A stretch of 64,000 nt of DNA from a virus (lineage: Duplodnaviria; Caudoviricetes): the IMG/VR virus record IMGVR_UViG_3300043468_001158; one strand, given 5' to 3'. The notes beneath the pieces are model-generated. The model made no database searches and was not told the DNA's origin. It saw nothing but the letters and a program-made list of their open reading frames with translations. Within the stretch, counting starts at the first letter, position 1; the number at the start of each line of letters is the position of its first letter. The position numbers and the translations under genes are program-made. Positions 1-9,306 of this stretch are shown piece after piece.

Positions 1-27
1 CACACAGTTGAAGAGAGGTGATTATCC

Positions 28-660
28 ATGTTGACCAGAAGCTCAAAACCAAAAACAGAAAAACAACTTCAAGCTGCAGCTAACAGAAGAGCTAAAGCAG
101 CCGAAACAAGAAGACTGAAAAACGAAGCTCGCCAAGCAGCTTGGGAACAAAAGGTCGCTACATCAAGAACTGAAATTCTTGAAGGCATTACTAATGCAAA
201 AAGAAAATCACTTTTTGTAGAAGGTCTTGAAACTCTAAAAGGTGACCTGTTCAATAACTTCAGATACCAATGGAACACCTATGGTAAATTGACCGAAAAA
301 CAAATTGATGTAATTGTTTCATCTCTTCAACGGGAAAAAGAAATCGATAACATCTATGAAATCTTTGAAGATTATCAACCAGGTCAAGTGTATGACGTTG
401 AACTGAAACTTGAAAAGTTCCAACCTGACCATGTAACTACTTATCCAAACGGAGACCAAGTTTGTCATACAAGATTTGTATTCAAATCAAGCGAAAGACA
501 AATGTTCTATCTTTCAACAAATAACAAAAAGTTGATTGAAAGACTTTCTACACATCTTGAAGTCGACCCTGAAGTAACCCTGAAACTGAGAGTCAAACAC
601 ATCTGTGCTGACAAATCTCGTGTTATAATTGACCCAAGACTTGCACCTAAAATTGTATGA
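28..660 (+). CDS. hypothetical protein with basic N-terminus
   Basis: 210-aa ORF with AGAGGTG RBS upstream; no recognisable motif. Confidence 0.7.
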   Translation: MLTRSSKPKTEKQLQAAANRRAKAAETRRLKNEARQAAWEQKVATSRTEILEGITNAKRKSLFVEGLETLKGDLFNNFRYQWNTYGKLTEKQIDVIVSSLQREKEIDNIYEIFEDYQPGQVYDVELKLEKFQPDHVTTYPNGDQVCHTRFVFKSSERQMFYLSTNNKKLIERLSTHLEVDPEVTLKLRVKHICADKSRVIIDPRLAPKIV

Positions 661-1115
661 AGCCTTCTATTACTAAAGTACATAAGTTGTTTGAACAGTG
701 GTTACGAGGTACTACTTGTAACTATCACAAAAAGAAGCACAAAATCTTGTTCGAAAACAATGAGTGGATTGTCTTCAAACATACTGGTCATAATGAATAT
801 TGCAATCGTGTAGTTGGTGTATTGTATTGTGAAACCTATGCAGTCTTGTATCGTAAAAAAGACATTGACCTCTATGAGTTAGGTCAAGGTAAAGGTGATA
901 CCTATAAGTGGGTTGTTCCGAAAGGTAAAGGTCAAAAATTATCACTTGATGAAATCATTCAGATATGCAAAGACTACTATCATACTGAATTTGATAATGA
1001 CTATGTAAGTGACCAATGGATTGATTATGTTGAACCTCCACTGTCAAAAGCTGCTCAAGAACTTGTTGATGCTGCTAAGCGACTGACTTCAATTGATGGC
1101 AATATCAAAATATGA
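657..1115 (+). CDS. hypothetical protein
   Basis: ATGA-coupled to genes on both sides; no motif recognised. Confidence 0.7.
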   Translation: MKPSITKVHKLFEQWLRGTTCNYHKKKHKILFENNEWIVFKHTGHNEYCNRVVGVLYCETYAVLYRKKDIDLYELGQGKGDTYKWVVPKGKGQKLSLDEIIQICKDYYHTEFDNDYVSDQWIDYVEPPLSKAAQELVDAAKRLTSIDGNIKI

Positions 1116-1579
1116 ACAAACGACTAAACAAATACTACGATTATTATCGTAAGGTTCTTTTAGCAACTACTGAACTTAGTACCTGTACGCGAGTACAGGT
1201 TGGTGCTATCATTGTTCGTGACGGACGTATTCTATCAAGTGGGTATAATGGAAGTATGCCGGGGCAATCGCATTGTTCTGATGTCTTCCCACCTGAACGT
1301 ATTGAGTCAATGACTCCTGAGGAATATTCAGCAGCTCATCGTATCTATTCGCTTCATAATGAAGGTCATGCTGAATTGTCAGCTATTTCTACTGCGGCAA
1401 AGTATGGCATTGCAGTTGGTGGTTGCGATATTGCAGTCACTCATACACCATGTCCAATGTGTGCTAAAAGTATCATCATTGCAGGCATCCAAAAAGTGTT
1501 GTATCTTGAAGTATATGACCGAGAACCAGAAGGATTAGCATTACTTCAGAAATGCGGAATCAAATGCATTCAAATCTAA
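1112..1579 (+). CDS. cd: dCMP deaminase
   Basis: Zn-deaminase motifs HAE and PCPMC; N-terminal STCTRVQVGA..GYNG pattern. Confidence 0.93.
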   Translation: MNKRLNKYYDYYRKVLLATTELSTCTRVQVGAIIVRDGRILSSGYNGSMPGQSHCSDVFPPERIESMTPEEYSAAHRIYSLHNEGHAELSAISTAAKYGIAVGGCDIAVTHTPCPMCAKSIIIAGIQKVLYLEVYDREPEGLALLQKCGIKCIQI

Positions 1580-2103
1580 CCGTTCTAAAGGATAGGCTTC
1601 TTCTTCCAAATGGTATCTCAGTAGTAGAACCAGAGCAAGTACCTGACCTCCTCCTACGAGGCTTGGATGTATCGCAGATACAAGTCACTGAACTGACAAA
1701 AGATGTTCAGCTTTTCAATGAGCGAAGTTCAAGTACATTAGAAGTGTTTGATGAAAATGCGGCATTTGACTTACCACCTAAAGAATGGTTAGTGCCACAA
1801 GAATACCTTGACGGGATTGACCTGAAGGAGTTCTTTGCTCAAAAGCTGAAAGAACTACCTGAAGATATACAAGAACGTGCTGAAGTTCGAATTGCAAATG
1901 AACTTGTAGCAGTTCGCGAATTCCAGTTTGAAGAAGGGCTAAAGACTATCATATATGTGGTAAATGTTCTACGACAAAATCGTCAAGTATGGGGAGTTGG
2001 TCGAGGTTCTTCATGTGCTTCTTATCTGTTGTTCTTAGTAGGCATACATTGTGTTGATTGCTTGAAGTATAACATTCATTGGAGTGAATTCTTCCATTCT
2101 TGA
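1552..2103 (+). CDS. DNA polymerase III alpha (DnaE)-like fragment A, N-terminal palm part
   Basis: WGVGRGSSCASYLLFLVGIHCVDCLKYNIHWSEFF aligns to DnaE [34 protein letters not shown]; ORF stops before the DxD motif. Confidence 0.85.
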   Translation: MRNQMHSNLTVLKDRLLLPNGISVVEPEQVPDLLLRGLDVSQIQVTELTKDVQLFNERSSSTLEVFDENAAFDLPPKEWLVPQEYLDGIDLKEFFAQKLKELPEDIQERAEVRIANELVAVREFQFEEGLKTIIYVVNVLRQNRQVWGVGRGSSCASYLLFLVGIHCVDCLKYNIHWSEFFHS

Positions 2104-2176
2104 CATTGCTAAATAGAATGTGATAAAGTCTTTACCCAAAAACAACATTACCATACCTATAAAGGAGAACTTACTT

Positions 2177-2500
2177 ATGGCAAGAACCGCCCGTTCCGCT
2201 CGCGGACAAGTTGTCGATTTTGATATACTTGCAATCAAGGAGTCGTTAGCATCAGCACCAATTTCAATCAGCACCGAAGAACGTCGAGTGTTTATCGATA
2301 CTAAGAATGGACTAAAACCGAAAAAGAATGTCGCCCCAGCAAACGGTCTCAAAGTTATTGCAACTCCAGAAGTTGTAGCACCTACTTTACCGGATGCATT
2401 GAAAGATGTCATGAGTTCAATCAACGAAGCAAATACTCCAACGCCGGTTCAGCTTACCGATGAACCGGAAATCTTAGCACCTATTTCAACTGCAGAATAA
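2177..2500 (+). CDS. hypothetical protein
   Basis: AAGGAGA RBS before ATG 2177 (ORF track starts upstream at 2120); low-complexity Pro/Ala C-terminus. Confidence 0.65.
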   Translation: MARTARSARGQVVDFDILAIKESLASAPISISTEERRVFIDTKNGLKPKKNVAPANGLKVIATPEVVAPTLPDALKDVMSSINEANTPTPVQLTDEPEILAPISTAE

Positions 2501-2512
2501 ACATACCTATAT

Positions 2513-2839
2513 ATGATAAAGCTTATTCCTCTAAATACGAAGATTTTCTTCAAGTTTGTTGAAGACTTGACTAATACCAGTTTTATGCCAAAGTCTTCAG
2601 GTGGTATCTTTTTGACTGATGTATATGACTTCACTGAAGTTCATCGACCACATTGGGGAAAGATAGAAGTTTGTGGGAAAGATGTTTGCGATGAAATCCG
2701 CAACTCGCTCTACATTCTTATCGAACCAGGCAAATGGACCACTCGTATCAACCTTCCAAATCAAGAACCTTTCTGGCAAACTGAAGAAGCCTTTGTTATG
2801 ATGACATCTGATGATGTCAGTGCGACAGTAAGATACTGA
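2513..2839 (+). CDS. GroES-like co-chaperonin
   Basis: 108 aa; KSSGGIFL mobile-loop-like segment followed by RPHWGKIEVCG, as in phage GroES-like proteins. Confidence 0.65.
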   Translation: MIKLIPLNTKIFFKFVEDLTNTSFMPKSSGGIFLTDVYDFTEVHRPHWGKIEVCGKDVCDEIRNSLYILIEPGKWTTRINLPNQEPFWQTEEAFVMMTSDDVSATVRY

Positions 2840-2862
2840 TAACCAGTTATCACTTTTAGCTA

Positions 2863-2891
2863 TTTACAAATGATGTATCAGTTGATACAAT
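2863..2891 (+). promoter_or_regulatory. sigma70-like early promoter
   Basis: TTTACA-N17-TACAAT in an intergenic gap. Confidence 0.65.
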
Positions 2892-2935
2892 AGATTCAAG
2901 TTCAAGGTTATAGAACTTCAATCTTATGGGGAGAA

Positions 2936-3094
2936 ATGCAGATGTTAGCAAAAATCAAAGAATTGGTACAACATTGGTATGATTTATTTGATGCATATCA
3001 AATGATAGTGTATTGTGACTTAAGACATATCAAAGAAGATGGCTTCATTGAAGCCTTTCATGATGTAGTTGAAATTCATCATTTTGAGGATTAG
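2936..3094 (+). CDS. small hypothetical protein (52 aa, absent from ORF track)
   Basis: ATG CAG ATG TTA...GAT TAG after GGGGAG RBS and the 2863 promoter. Confidence 0.55.
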   Translation: MQMLAKIKELVQHWYDLFDAYQMIVYCDLRHIKEDGFIEAFHDVVEIHHFED

Positions 3095-3097
3095 AAA

Positions 3098-3694
3098 TTG
3101 GCGGCGATCGAGAAAGTTTGTGAGTTCTCAGGTGATTATCCTGGACCTGATATGTATGCATATAAGCGGGCAAGCATTCAAGTTTGTCCGCAATATCGCA
3201 AAGAGTTTAAAGGTCAAAAGCATGTACTCTTTATCTTCAAGCCTGATGAAAAGTATCTTGCTCGTAAAGGTGGTCGTCGTTATAGACAATCATACGATAA
3301 AAACCGTGTAGAAGAAGTCAAGTATTTTCATGATAAGGGTTTATGCATTGACCCCGGCTATGGTAAGTATTGGATTCCAGTAAGAACTATCAAAGAATAC
3401 TATTACCTATTGTATGTGCCTGATTTACCTGGTCAAGTCGATGGTGAATACATCAATTGGTCGTACAACATTGGTACAGTTCGTCGTAAGCTCAAAAGAT
3501 TGTTAGGTTCAAGAACCAATCTGCTTACATATCATTCTCCTTATACTTGGGAAGAATGGTGTGAATTGCCTGATGAAGAACGAGTAGCAATGCTAAAACA
3601 TCACTATGATTGGATGAACTTGTTGAACACAACACTGAACATCAATCATGACTTTACTTACAACTGGGGTAAAATGTTCAATGGAACTATCTAA
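3098..3694 (+). CDS. hypothetical protein
   Basis: 198-aa ORF with genome-typical codon use; start uncertain (TTG). Confidence 0.65.
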   Translation: MAAIEKVCEFSGDYPGPDMYAYKRASIQVCPQYRKEFKGQKHVLFIFKPDEKYLARKGGRRYRQSYDKNRVEEVKYFHDKGLCIDPGYGKYWIPVRTIKEYYYLLYVPDLPGQVDGEYINWSYNIGTVRRKLKRLLGSRTNLLTYHSPYTWEEWCELPDEERVAMLKHHYDWMNLLNTTLNINHDFTYNWGKMFNGTI

Positions 3695-4097
3695 CGAAGA
3701 AACTGAAGTCAAGAATGTGAAGATGGAATATTGTGATTTTTTTCAGATGCACTTGTTCTATGGTTCATTGACAATTGTTGCTGAAGAATACTGCAAAGCT
3801 TTCTATTGGTTCAAAGATGACAAAGAACCTGTTGTTGAATTGATTGATGTAGCATCTAATGGTGATGTGACATTTCGTAGCTGGTTCAATGAGAATGGCG
3901 AGCTTGAGTTCTACACCTTTACCTTGCCAATGAATTACTTTACCGATGAAGAAGTTCGAAATGATTTGCTCAATCAATTGAAGCTTCGTCGTCAAATGGT
4001 AGAACTTGAACTTGCTGAACAAGCTAAAGCTGACCAAGAAAAATATGAACTCAAACAACGAATGTTGTATGAAACGTTGAAAGCTAAATTCGAATAA
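3681..4097 (+). CDS. hypothetical protein with C-terminal coiled coil
   Basis: Probable start ATG 3681 (track start 3648); charged helical C-terminus. Confidence 0.65.
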   Translation: MELSNEETEVKNVKMEYCDFFQMHLFYGSLTIVAEEYCKAFYWFKDDKEPVVELIDVASNGDVTFRSWFNENGELEFYTFTLPMNYFTDEEVRNDLLNQLKLRRQMVELELAEQAKADQEKYELKQRMLYETLKAKFE

Positions 4098-4154
4098 ATA
4101 CAATCGTATAAGATAGACTTATACATTTCAAAACTATACTAGGGGATTCCTATT

Positions 4155-4451
4155 ATGAACACACAAATTACTCGCTACAAAATGGTTCCTTTACTAAAAG
4201 GTGATACTGCTTATGTCACAGAAGAACGATTGAATGATGTCGTAAAGTCTGAATTTGTAATTCAGAAGTTACAATTTAGTGATATCATTATCAATAACCG
4301 AGGTAATGAATTCCTCAAAAATCGGTATCCTATCCAAGACATCATCAACATTTACTTGACGGTCAATTCAATTCCCGGACTACGAAAACTGGTGACCTCA
4401 CTTAGCAAGATGTTCAAAATTGTGTCTCCTTATTTTGGAGAAATCAAATGA
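4155..4451 (+). CDS. hypothetical protein, first gene of NAD cluster
   Basis: AGGGGA RBS; ATGA overlap with the NMNAT-Nudix gene. Confidence 0.65.
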   Translation: MNTQITRYKMVPLLKGDTAYVTEERLNDVVKSEFVIQKLQFSDIIINNRGNEFLKNRYPIQDIINIYLTVNSIPGLRKLVTSLSKMFKIVSPYFGEIK

Positions 4452-5491
4452 GTACTTATCAATACGATTACCTTATTTACATTGGTCGTATGCAACCACC
4501 AACTCGTGCTCATGTATCGACGGTGAAACGAGCTTTAGACATGGCAAGTAATGTCATCGTGCTTTTTGGTTCTAGCTTTCAACCGCGTACTATCAAGAAT
4601 CCTTGGTCATGGATTGAACGTGCTACAATGCTGTCCAATCAGCTTCCGGCTAAAGATACTTCACGACTGATTTGTAAGCCAATCCGCGACTTCAGATATA
4701 ATGATGCTGAATGGGTTCAACAAGTTCAAAAGATTGTCAAGACTATTACTCTTGGTAAAGTGTCAAGAAATCTACGTATTGGTGTCATTGGTCATAAGAA
4801 AGATTCGTCTAGCTTTTACCTTGATATGTTTCCTCAATGGAAGTTTGTTTCGGTTGAACAAATTGATGATGTCAATGCTACTCAAGTTCGTGATGAATAC
4901 TTCTCTAGACAACTTGATAAATGGCATGACAAAGACCTCATTTCGTCTGAACTGAAACAGTACCTCAAAGACTGGAGTAAGTGCGACCAATATGCTAATC
5001 TGTGTGAGGAGTATCGTCACATTCAGGAATACCAGAAGTCTTGGGAATCTGCTCCCCATCCTCCATTCTTTGTGACAGTTGATGCAGTCGTTATTCAATC
5101 AGGACATATACTAATGATTCAACGTCGAGCTGCCCCAGGTAAAGGGCTGTGGGCATTGCCCGGTGGATTTGTTAAGCCTGGTGAATACTTGACTGTTGCT
5201 GCATTACGTGAGCTACGTGAAGAAACCAAACTCAAAGTTCCAACGGCTGTTATGGCCGGTTCAATGAAAGGTTCTCATGTATTTGATAATCCTGATAGGT
5301 CATTGCGTGGCAGAACAATTACTCATGCATATGCATTCTACTTACCTGCTGGCGAACTGTCAAAAGTAAAAGGCAGTGATGATGCTGCTAAAGCTAAATG
5401 GATTCCTATCAACGATGTCTTGGACATGGAAGAACATATCTTTGAAGACCATAAAGATATTATAGATTGGGCACTTTCACTTATTTCATAA
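4448..5491 (+). CDS. nadM: bifunctional NMN adenylyltransferase / ADP-ribose pyrophosphatase (NadM-Nudix)
   Basis: IGRMQPPTRAH (T/HxxH nucleotidyltransferase motif), RTIKNPW, Nudix box GGFVKPGEYLTVAALRELREET, SLRGRTITHA, GSDDA. Confidence 0.93.
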   Translation: MSTYQYDYLIYIGRMQPPTRAHVSTVKRALDMASNVIVLFGSSFQPRTIKNPWSWIERATMLSNQLPAKDTSRLICKPIRDFRYNDAEWVQQVQKIVKTITLGKVSRNLRIGVIGHKKDSSSFYLDMFPQWKFVSVEQIDDVNATQVRDEYFSRQLDKWHDKDLISSELKQYLKDWSKCDQYANLCEEYRHIQEYQKSWESAPHPPFFVTVDAVVIQSGHILMIQRRAAPGKGLWALPGGFVKPGEYLTVAALRELREETKLKVPTAVMAGSMKGSHVFDNPDRSLRGRTITHAYAFYLPAGELSKVKGSDDAAKAKWIPINDVLDMEEHIFEDHKDIIDWALSLIS

Positions 5492-5507
5492 ACATAAAGA
5501 GGAACAT

Positions 5508-6077
5508 ATGAACACTCAACAAGATAGCATTCACGAAGATGGAAAATTCCACTTTTTCTGGAGTGGAGTTTTTAGCCAATGGCATCCATCAGAATTCGTT
5601 ATAGAGTCTGGCAATAAAGTTGGAAACTACGACTATGGTAGCATTACATTCAACTGTGCGGAACAATACATGATGTTCAAGAAAGCTGCATTGTTTGGTG
5701 ATAAGCATGCTGCGTCGCTTATCTTACAAGCGACTGACCCTAAGGTTCAAAAGAAGCTTGGACGTGAAGTTCAAAACTTTGACTTGGCAGTTTGGGAACA
5801 AGAATGCGGCAAGATTGTGTATGATGGCAATTATGCTAAGTTTACACAGAACCCGTCATTGTATTGCGAGCTTATGAACACTGGTAATGCTATTCTCGTT
5901 GAAGCATCTCCGTACGATACTGTTTGGGGTATTGGACTTGATGAAGTAACTGCCAAAGTCACACCAGTCAATGAATGGAAAGGCACAAACTGGTTGGGCG
6001 AAGTATTGACTCAATTGAAGCTAGACTTAGAATGGGAAGAAGAAAAACGTTTACAATCTGTTGGAATTGAGATATAA
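5508..6077 (+). CDS. NADAR (YbiA-like) family protein
   Basis: FSQWHPS, FNCAEQYMMFKKA, KKLGREV, YAKFTQN, LVEASPYDTVWGIG, GTNWLGEVL. Confidence 0.92.
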   Translation: MNTQQDSIHEDGKFHFFWSGVFSQWHPSEFVIESGNKVGNYDYGSITFNCAEQYMMFKKAALFGDKHAASLILQATDPKVQKKLGREVQNFDLAVWEQECGKIVYDGNYAKFTQNPSLYCELMNTGNAILVEASPYDTVWGIGLDEVTAKVTPVNEWKGTNWLGEVLTQLKLDLEWEEEKRLQSVGIEI

Positions 6078-6144
6078 TAGACACATACTTTAGCAATGAT
6101 AGACATTGCTACTTTTCTTACATTACATTTAGGGGATTCCTATT

Positions 6145-7620
6145 ATGCTATCACATCTTTTACCACTAAACCCTGTATTACTCATAGATGGGTACAAGGC
6201 AAATCACTGGCTTGAAATGCCAGTTGACATTGAAAACCAGTATGTCGTCTGTGTTCCTCGAAAACCTTCAAAGTATTCAAAAGAAATTGTTGCAGCAGGT
6301 CATTCTTTACTTGCAAGCTTCTTAGCTTCAGTTCGGATTACCGAAGAACATATTGATGAAGCTGAAGTTGAAATCACTGAACAAGGTTACAACTTCAATC
6401 GTAAAGGTTGGGAATACATTGTTCGTGAGCTTGATGGCAAACTACCACTTGAAATGTTTGGTGTTGAAGAAGGTCGAGTTGTCTTACCACAAACTCCGAT
6501 CGCGGCTTTTGTCAATACTGGCGGTTATGAAACTGCTTGGCTACCAACCTACATTGAAACCTTTGCTCAATCAACACTGTGGAAGATGTCAACTGTAGCA
6601 TCCGTTTGTCGTACCGTTCGTAAGACACTTGAAACGGTGTGCGATGAAGTTGGCACTGATAAAGCATTGGTCAATTACATGCTGCATAACTTTGGCGACC
6701 GTGGAGCCGATAGTCCAAATGAAGCTGCCGTGATGGCTGGTATTGCTCATGCCATGTTGTTCGATGGTTCTGATTGCACACGAGCTAATCGCTACATCAA
6801 AAAGTTGTATGGTACATCTAAAGCAACGACTACTTCAATTGAAGCAACTGAACATTCAGTCATGTGTATGAATTCTAATGCAGAGAAACGCGATGATTGG
6901 GGTGCTGCAGTTATGTTAGTCAATAGACTGTATGCTCGTGTCAAAAGTTTCAAAGAAGATGGGATTGGCATCCCTGTCATCTCCGGTGTTATTGACACTT
7001 ATGATAGCAAACGGTTTGTACGAGATTACTTAGGTGGTGAGGTATTACGTCCATTGATTGAGCAGTCTGGTGGTAAGCTGGTATGTCGTCCTGATAGTGG
7101 TGACCCAGAAGTAGAGCCAGGTGAAATTGGTGACATCTTATTTGAACAATTTAAAAACGGTTATGTCAATTCTGTAGGCTATAAAGTATTGGCACCATGT
7201 GTTGCAGTTATCCAAGGTGATGGCATTCGAGTTGATACTCATGAAGGTGTTGTTAGAGCTTGGGTAAATAAAGGCTTTGCACTTGATAGCTTTTGCTTAG
7301 GTATGGGTTCTGGTGTAACACATGATGGAGCACGAGACGATTTCAGCTTTAGCATGAAAGCTGTAGCTGAAAAGAGAATTGGACATAGTTGGAAAAAAAT
7401 GCTAAAAGAACCTATCACTGATATCGGTAAGAAGTCTTTATCAGGTTTGGTCTTTTGTCAAGAACAAGAAGATGGAACTTTAGAAGTAGTGAATGCACTT
7501 GATACGGGTGAAGTCTTCAAAGTATTTGCAAGTGCTCCAGGATGGAGACGTTGGTATGCTGATGGATATCGTGATTGGCGTCAATCCTTTACTGATGTTC
7601 AACGTCGGGCAAGATCTTAA
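6145..7620 (+). CDS. nadV: nicotinamide phosphoribosyltransferase
   Basis: IDGYKANH, HNFGDRG, GSDC (Asp at the nicotinamide-specificity position), ATEHSVM, IDTYD, RPDSGDP, IQGDGI. Confidence 0.9.
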   Translation: MLSHLLPLNPVLLIDGYKANHWLEMPVDIENQYVVCVPRKPSKYSKEIVAAGHSLLASFLASVRITEEHIDEAEVEITEQGYNFNRKGWEYIVRELDGKLPLEMFGVEEGRVVLPQTPIAAFVNTGGYETAWLPTYIETFAQSTLWKMSTVASVCRTVRKTLETVCDEVGTDKALVNYMLHNFGDRGADSPNEAAVMAGIAHAMLFDGSDCTRANRYIKKLYGTSKATTTSIEATEHSVMCMNSNAEKRDDWGAAVMLVNRLYARVKSFKEDGIGIPVISGVIDTYDSKRFVRDYLGGEVLRPLIEQSGGKLVCRPDSGDPEVEPGEIGDILFEQFKNGYVNSVGYKVLAPCVAVIQGDGIRVDTHEGVVRAWVNKGFALDSFCLGMGSGVTHDGARDDFSFSMKAVAEKRIGHSWKKMLKEPITDIGKKSLSGLVFCQEQEDGTLEVVNALDTGEVFKVFASAPGWRRWYADGYRDWRQSFTDVQRRARS

Positions 7621-7651
7621 TAACACATAACATAGAGAGAAGGTATAACAT

Positions 7652-8107
7652 ATGAACACAAATCCAGAAACCAACATTGCCCCAAATGAAGATGAAGTAA
7701 TCGTTCTTCGGCGAAACCAAGGCGATTATCACACAAAGTTTCGTTACTTACGAAGCAACGATTACTTCCCTGAATGGCAAGGTACAATGAGCAAGTTGTG
7801 CATTTCAATTAGCACTACTCTCATTCCTGAATCCGAAACATTGACATTCTGTGAATGGACAGTGGCTTATAAAGCTCCATCAGACTGCTTCAATAAGGTT
7901 GAAGCTCGAGCAGCTTTGGAAAACAATGCTGGCAATCCGCTCTTATCTGGTTCATTAGCATTAGGTCCTGATTACGATCATAATGAAATCGTTGGCAAAA
8001 TCTTGATGACTTTATTGCTTCAAGATGTGGTTCTGACAAAGCATTACTACTGGTTCATCAGGTCTTTATTACGAAATCACGAAGGCTTTAGCTCTTTCTT
8101 TTCCTAA
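7652..8107 (+). CDS. hypothetical protein
   Basis: 151-aa ORF with GAAGGT RBS. Confidence 0.65.
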   Translation: MNTNPETNIAPNEDEVIVLRRNQGDYHTKFRYLRSNDYFPEWQGTMSKLCISISTTLIPESETLTFCEWTVAYKAPSDCFNKVEARAALENNAGNPLLSGSLALGPDYDHNEIVGKILMTLLLQDVVLTKHYYWFIRSLLRNHEGFSSFFS

Positions 8108-8151
8108 CTACTAAATAGTAGAACTATACACATTATAAAGGTTCTACTAAT

Positions 8152-9273
8152 ATGTTCTTCATTATACTTACACTGCTTTCAGCTCTTTTACTTGAAGGCA
8201 TCGGGACGATAGTATCGGTAATTGGACTTGTGCAACTATTCGGTTATACTGAACTGATAGTTGCACTGGCCATTGCTTTTGACATTGCTAAAGTCACATC
8301 AGTCACCGTTCTTTATCGTGAATGGGGGAAGATGTCAAAGCTGTTACGAACGTATTTGACAGTAGCATCTTTTGTGCTAATGACTATTACGAGTATGGGT
8401 GCTGCATCTTATTTGAGTACAAACTTTCAGAAGAGCTCACTTCCAGTCAAAACACTTGAAGTCAAAGTGAAGTCTATGACTGAAGAAAAAGTCAAGCTTG
8501 AGGCTCGTAAGAAAGAGATAGATGCTCAAATTGCAAACTTACCGTCTGATTATGTAAAGGGCAGAACAAAGTTATTGAACAACTTCAAGACTGAGATTGA
8601 GCGTATCAATAACAGGATTGTACAATTGGATGTAGAAGTTCCAAAAGTTCAAACTGAAATGATTGATGCTACATCTCATGCTGGTCCGATTATGTATCTT
8701 GCTACTGCTTTGAAGTCAACACCTGAAGCAGCAATGGGTTGGTTGATTGGCTTGATGATATTCGTATTTGACCCACTTGCAGTTGCTCTTATTTTGGCAG
8801 GTAACTACTTAGTAGCACAAAGAACGCCTAAAGAAATCAAAGCTCCATTGTTGCCAATACGAGTTAAAGAGCTTATAGAAGATATTCCACTTGATAAGGA
8901 ACTTCCATCTGGGTTTGAACTTGATGATGAGAAAGAAGAAGACTACAATCCCCAATACTTTTGGAATGACTATCCAACAAAAGATGTAAATGAAAGTCAT
9001 CATGATTTAGAACTTGAGCCTCTTGAAGACAGAGATGAAGAATCCATTGAAGCTATACATGAAGAAAATGAAGACCCAGATAAAAACTTCTATCCTTACT
9101 TTTCTCCATCGATGGTTGAACAAGCTAAGTCTGTTGCTAAACTTCCAGAAGTGGAAGAAGAGAAACCTCCAGTTGAACAATCATCTCTCAGCTTTATCAA
9201 TGACAGTCGTGAAGAAGTTTCTTTCTTTGATGGACAAATTCCAAGTTCACATGGCAAGAATTATGGTTTATAA
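8152..9273 (+). CDS. membrane protein with coiled coil and acidic tail
   Basis: Hydrophobic N-terminal helices, central heptad region, further TM segment (WLIGLMIFVFDPLAVALILAG), Glu/Asp/Pro-rich C-terminus. Confidence 0.7.
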   Translation: MFFIILTLLSALLLEGIGTIVSVIGLVQLFGYTELIVALAIAFDIAKVTSVTVLYREWGKMSKLLRTYLTVASFVLMTITSMGAASYLSTNFQKSSLPVKTLEVKVKSMTEEKVKLEARKKEIDAQIANLPSDYVKGRTKLLNNFKTEIERINNRIVQLDVEVPKVQTEMIDATSHAGPIMYLATALKSTPEAAMGWLIGLMIFVFDPLAVALILAGNYLVAQRTPKEIKAPLLPIRVKELIEDIPLDKELPSGFELDDEKEEDYNPQYFWNDYPTKDVNESHHDLELEPLEDRDEESIEAIHEENEDPDKNFYPYFSPSMVEQAKSVAKLPEVEEEKPPVEQSSLSFINDSREEVSFFDGQIPSSHGKNYGL

Positions 9274-9306
9274 TATACACATCTAACAACATAACATCAT
9301 ACATAT

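Noticed and set aside
2837-2852. TGATA-N6-TATCA palindrome (also at about 31609) as a regulator box
   Set aside because: Both copies sit at gene ends and are followed by T runs, so weak terminators explain them; two copies are too few to call an operator.
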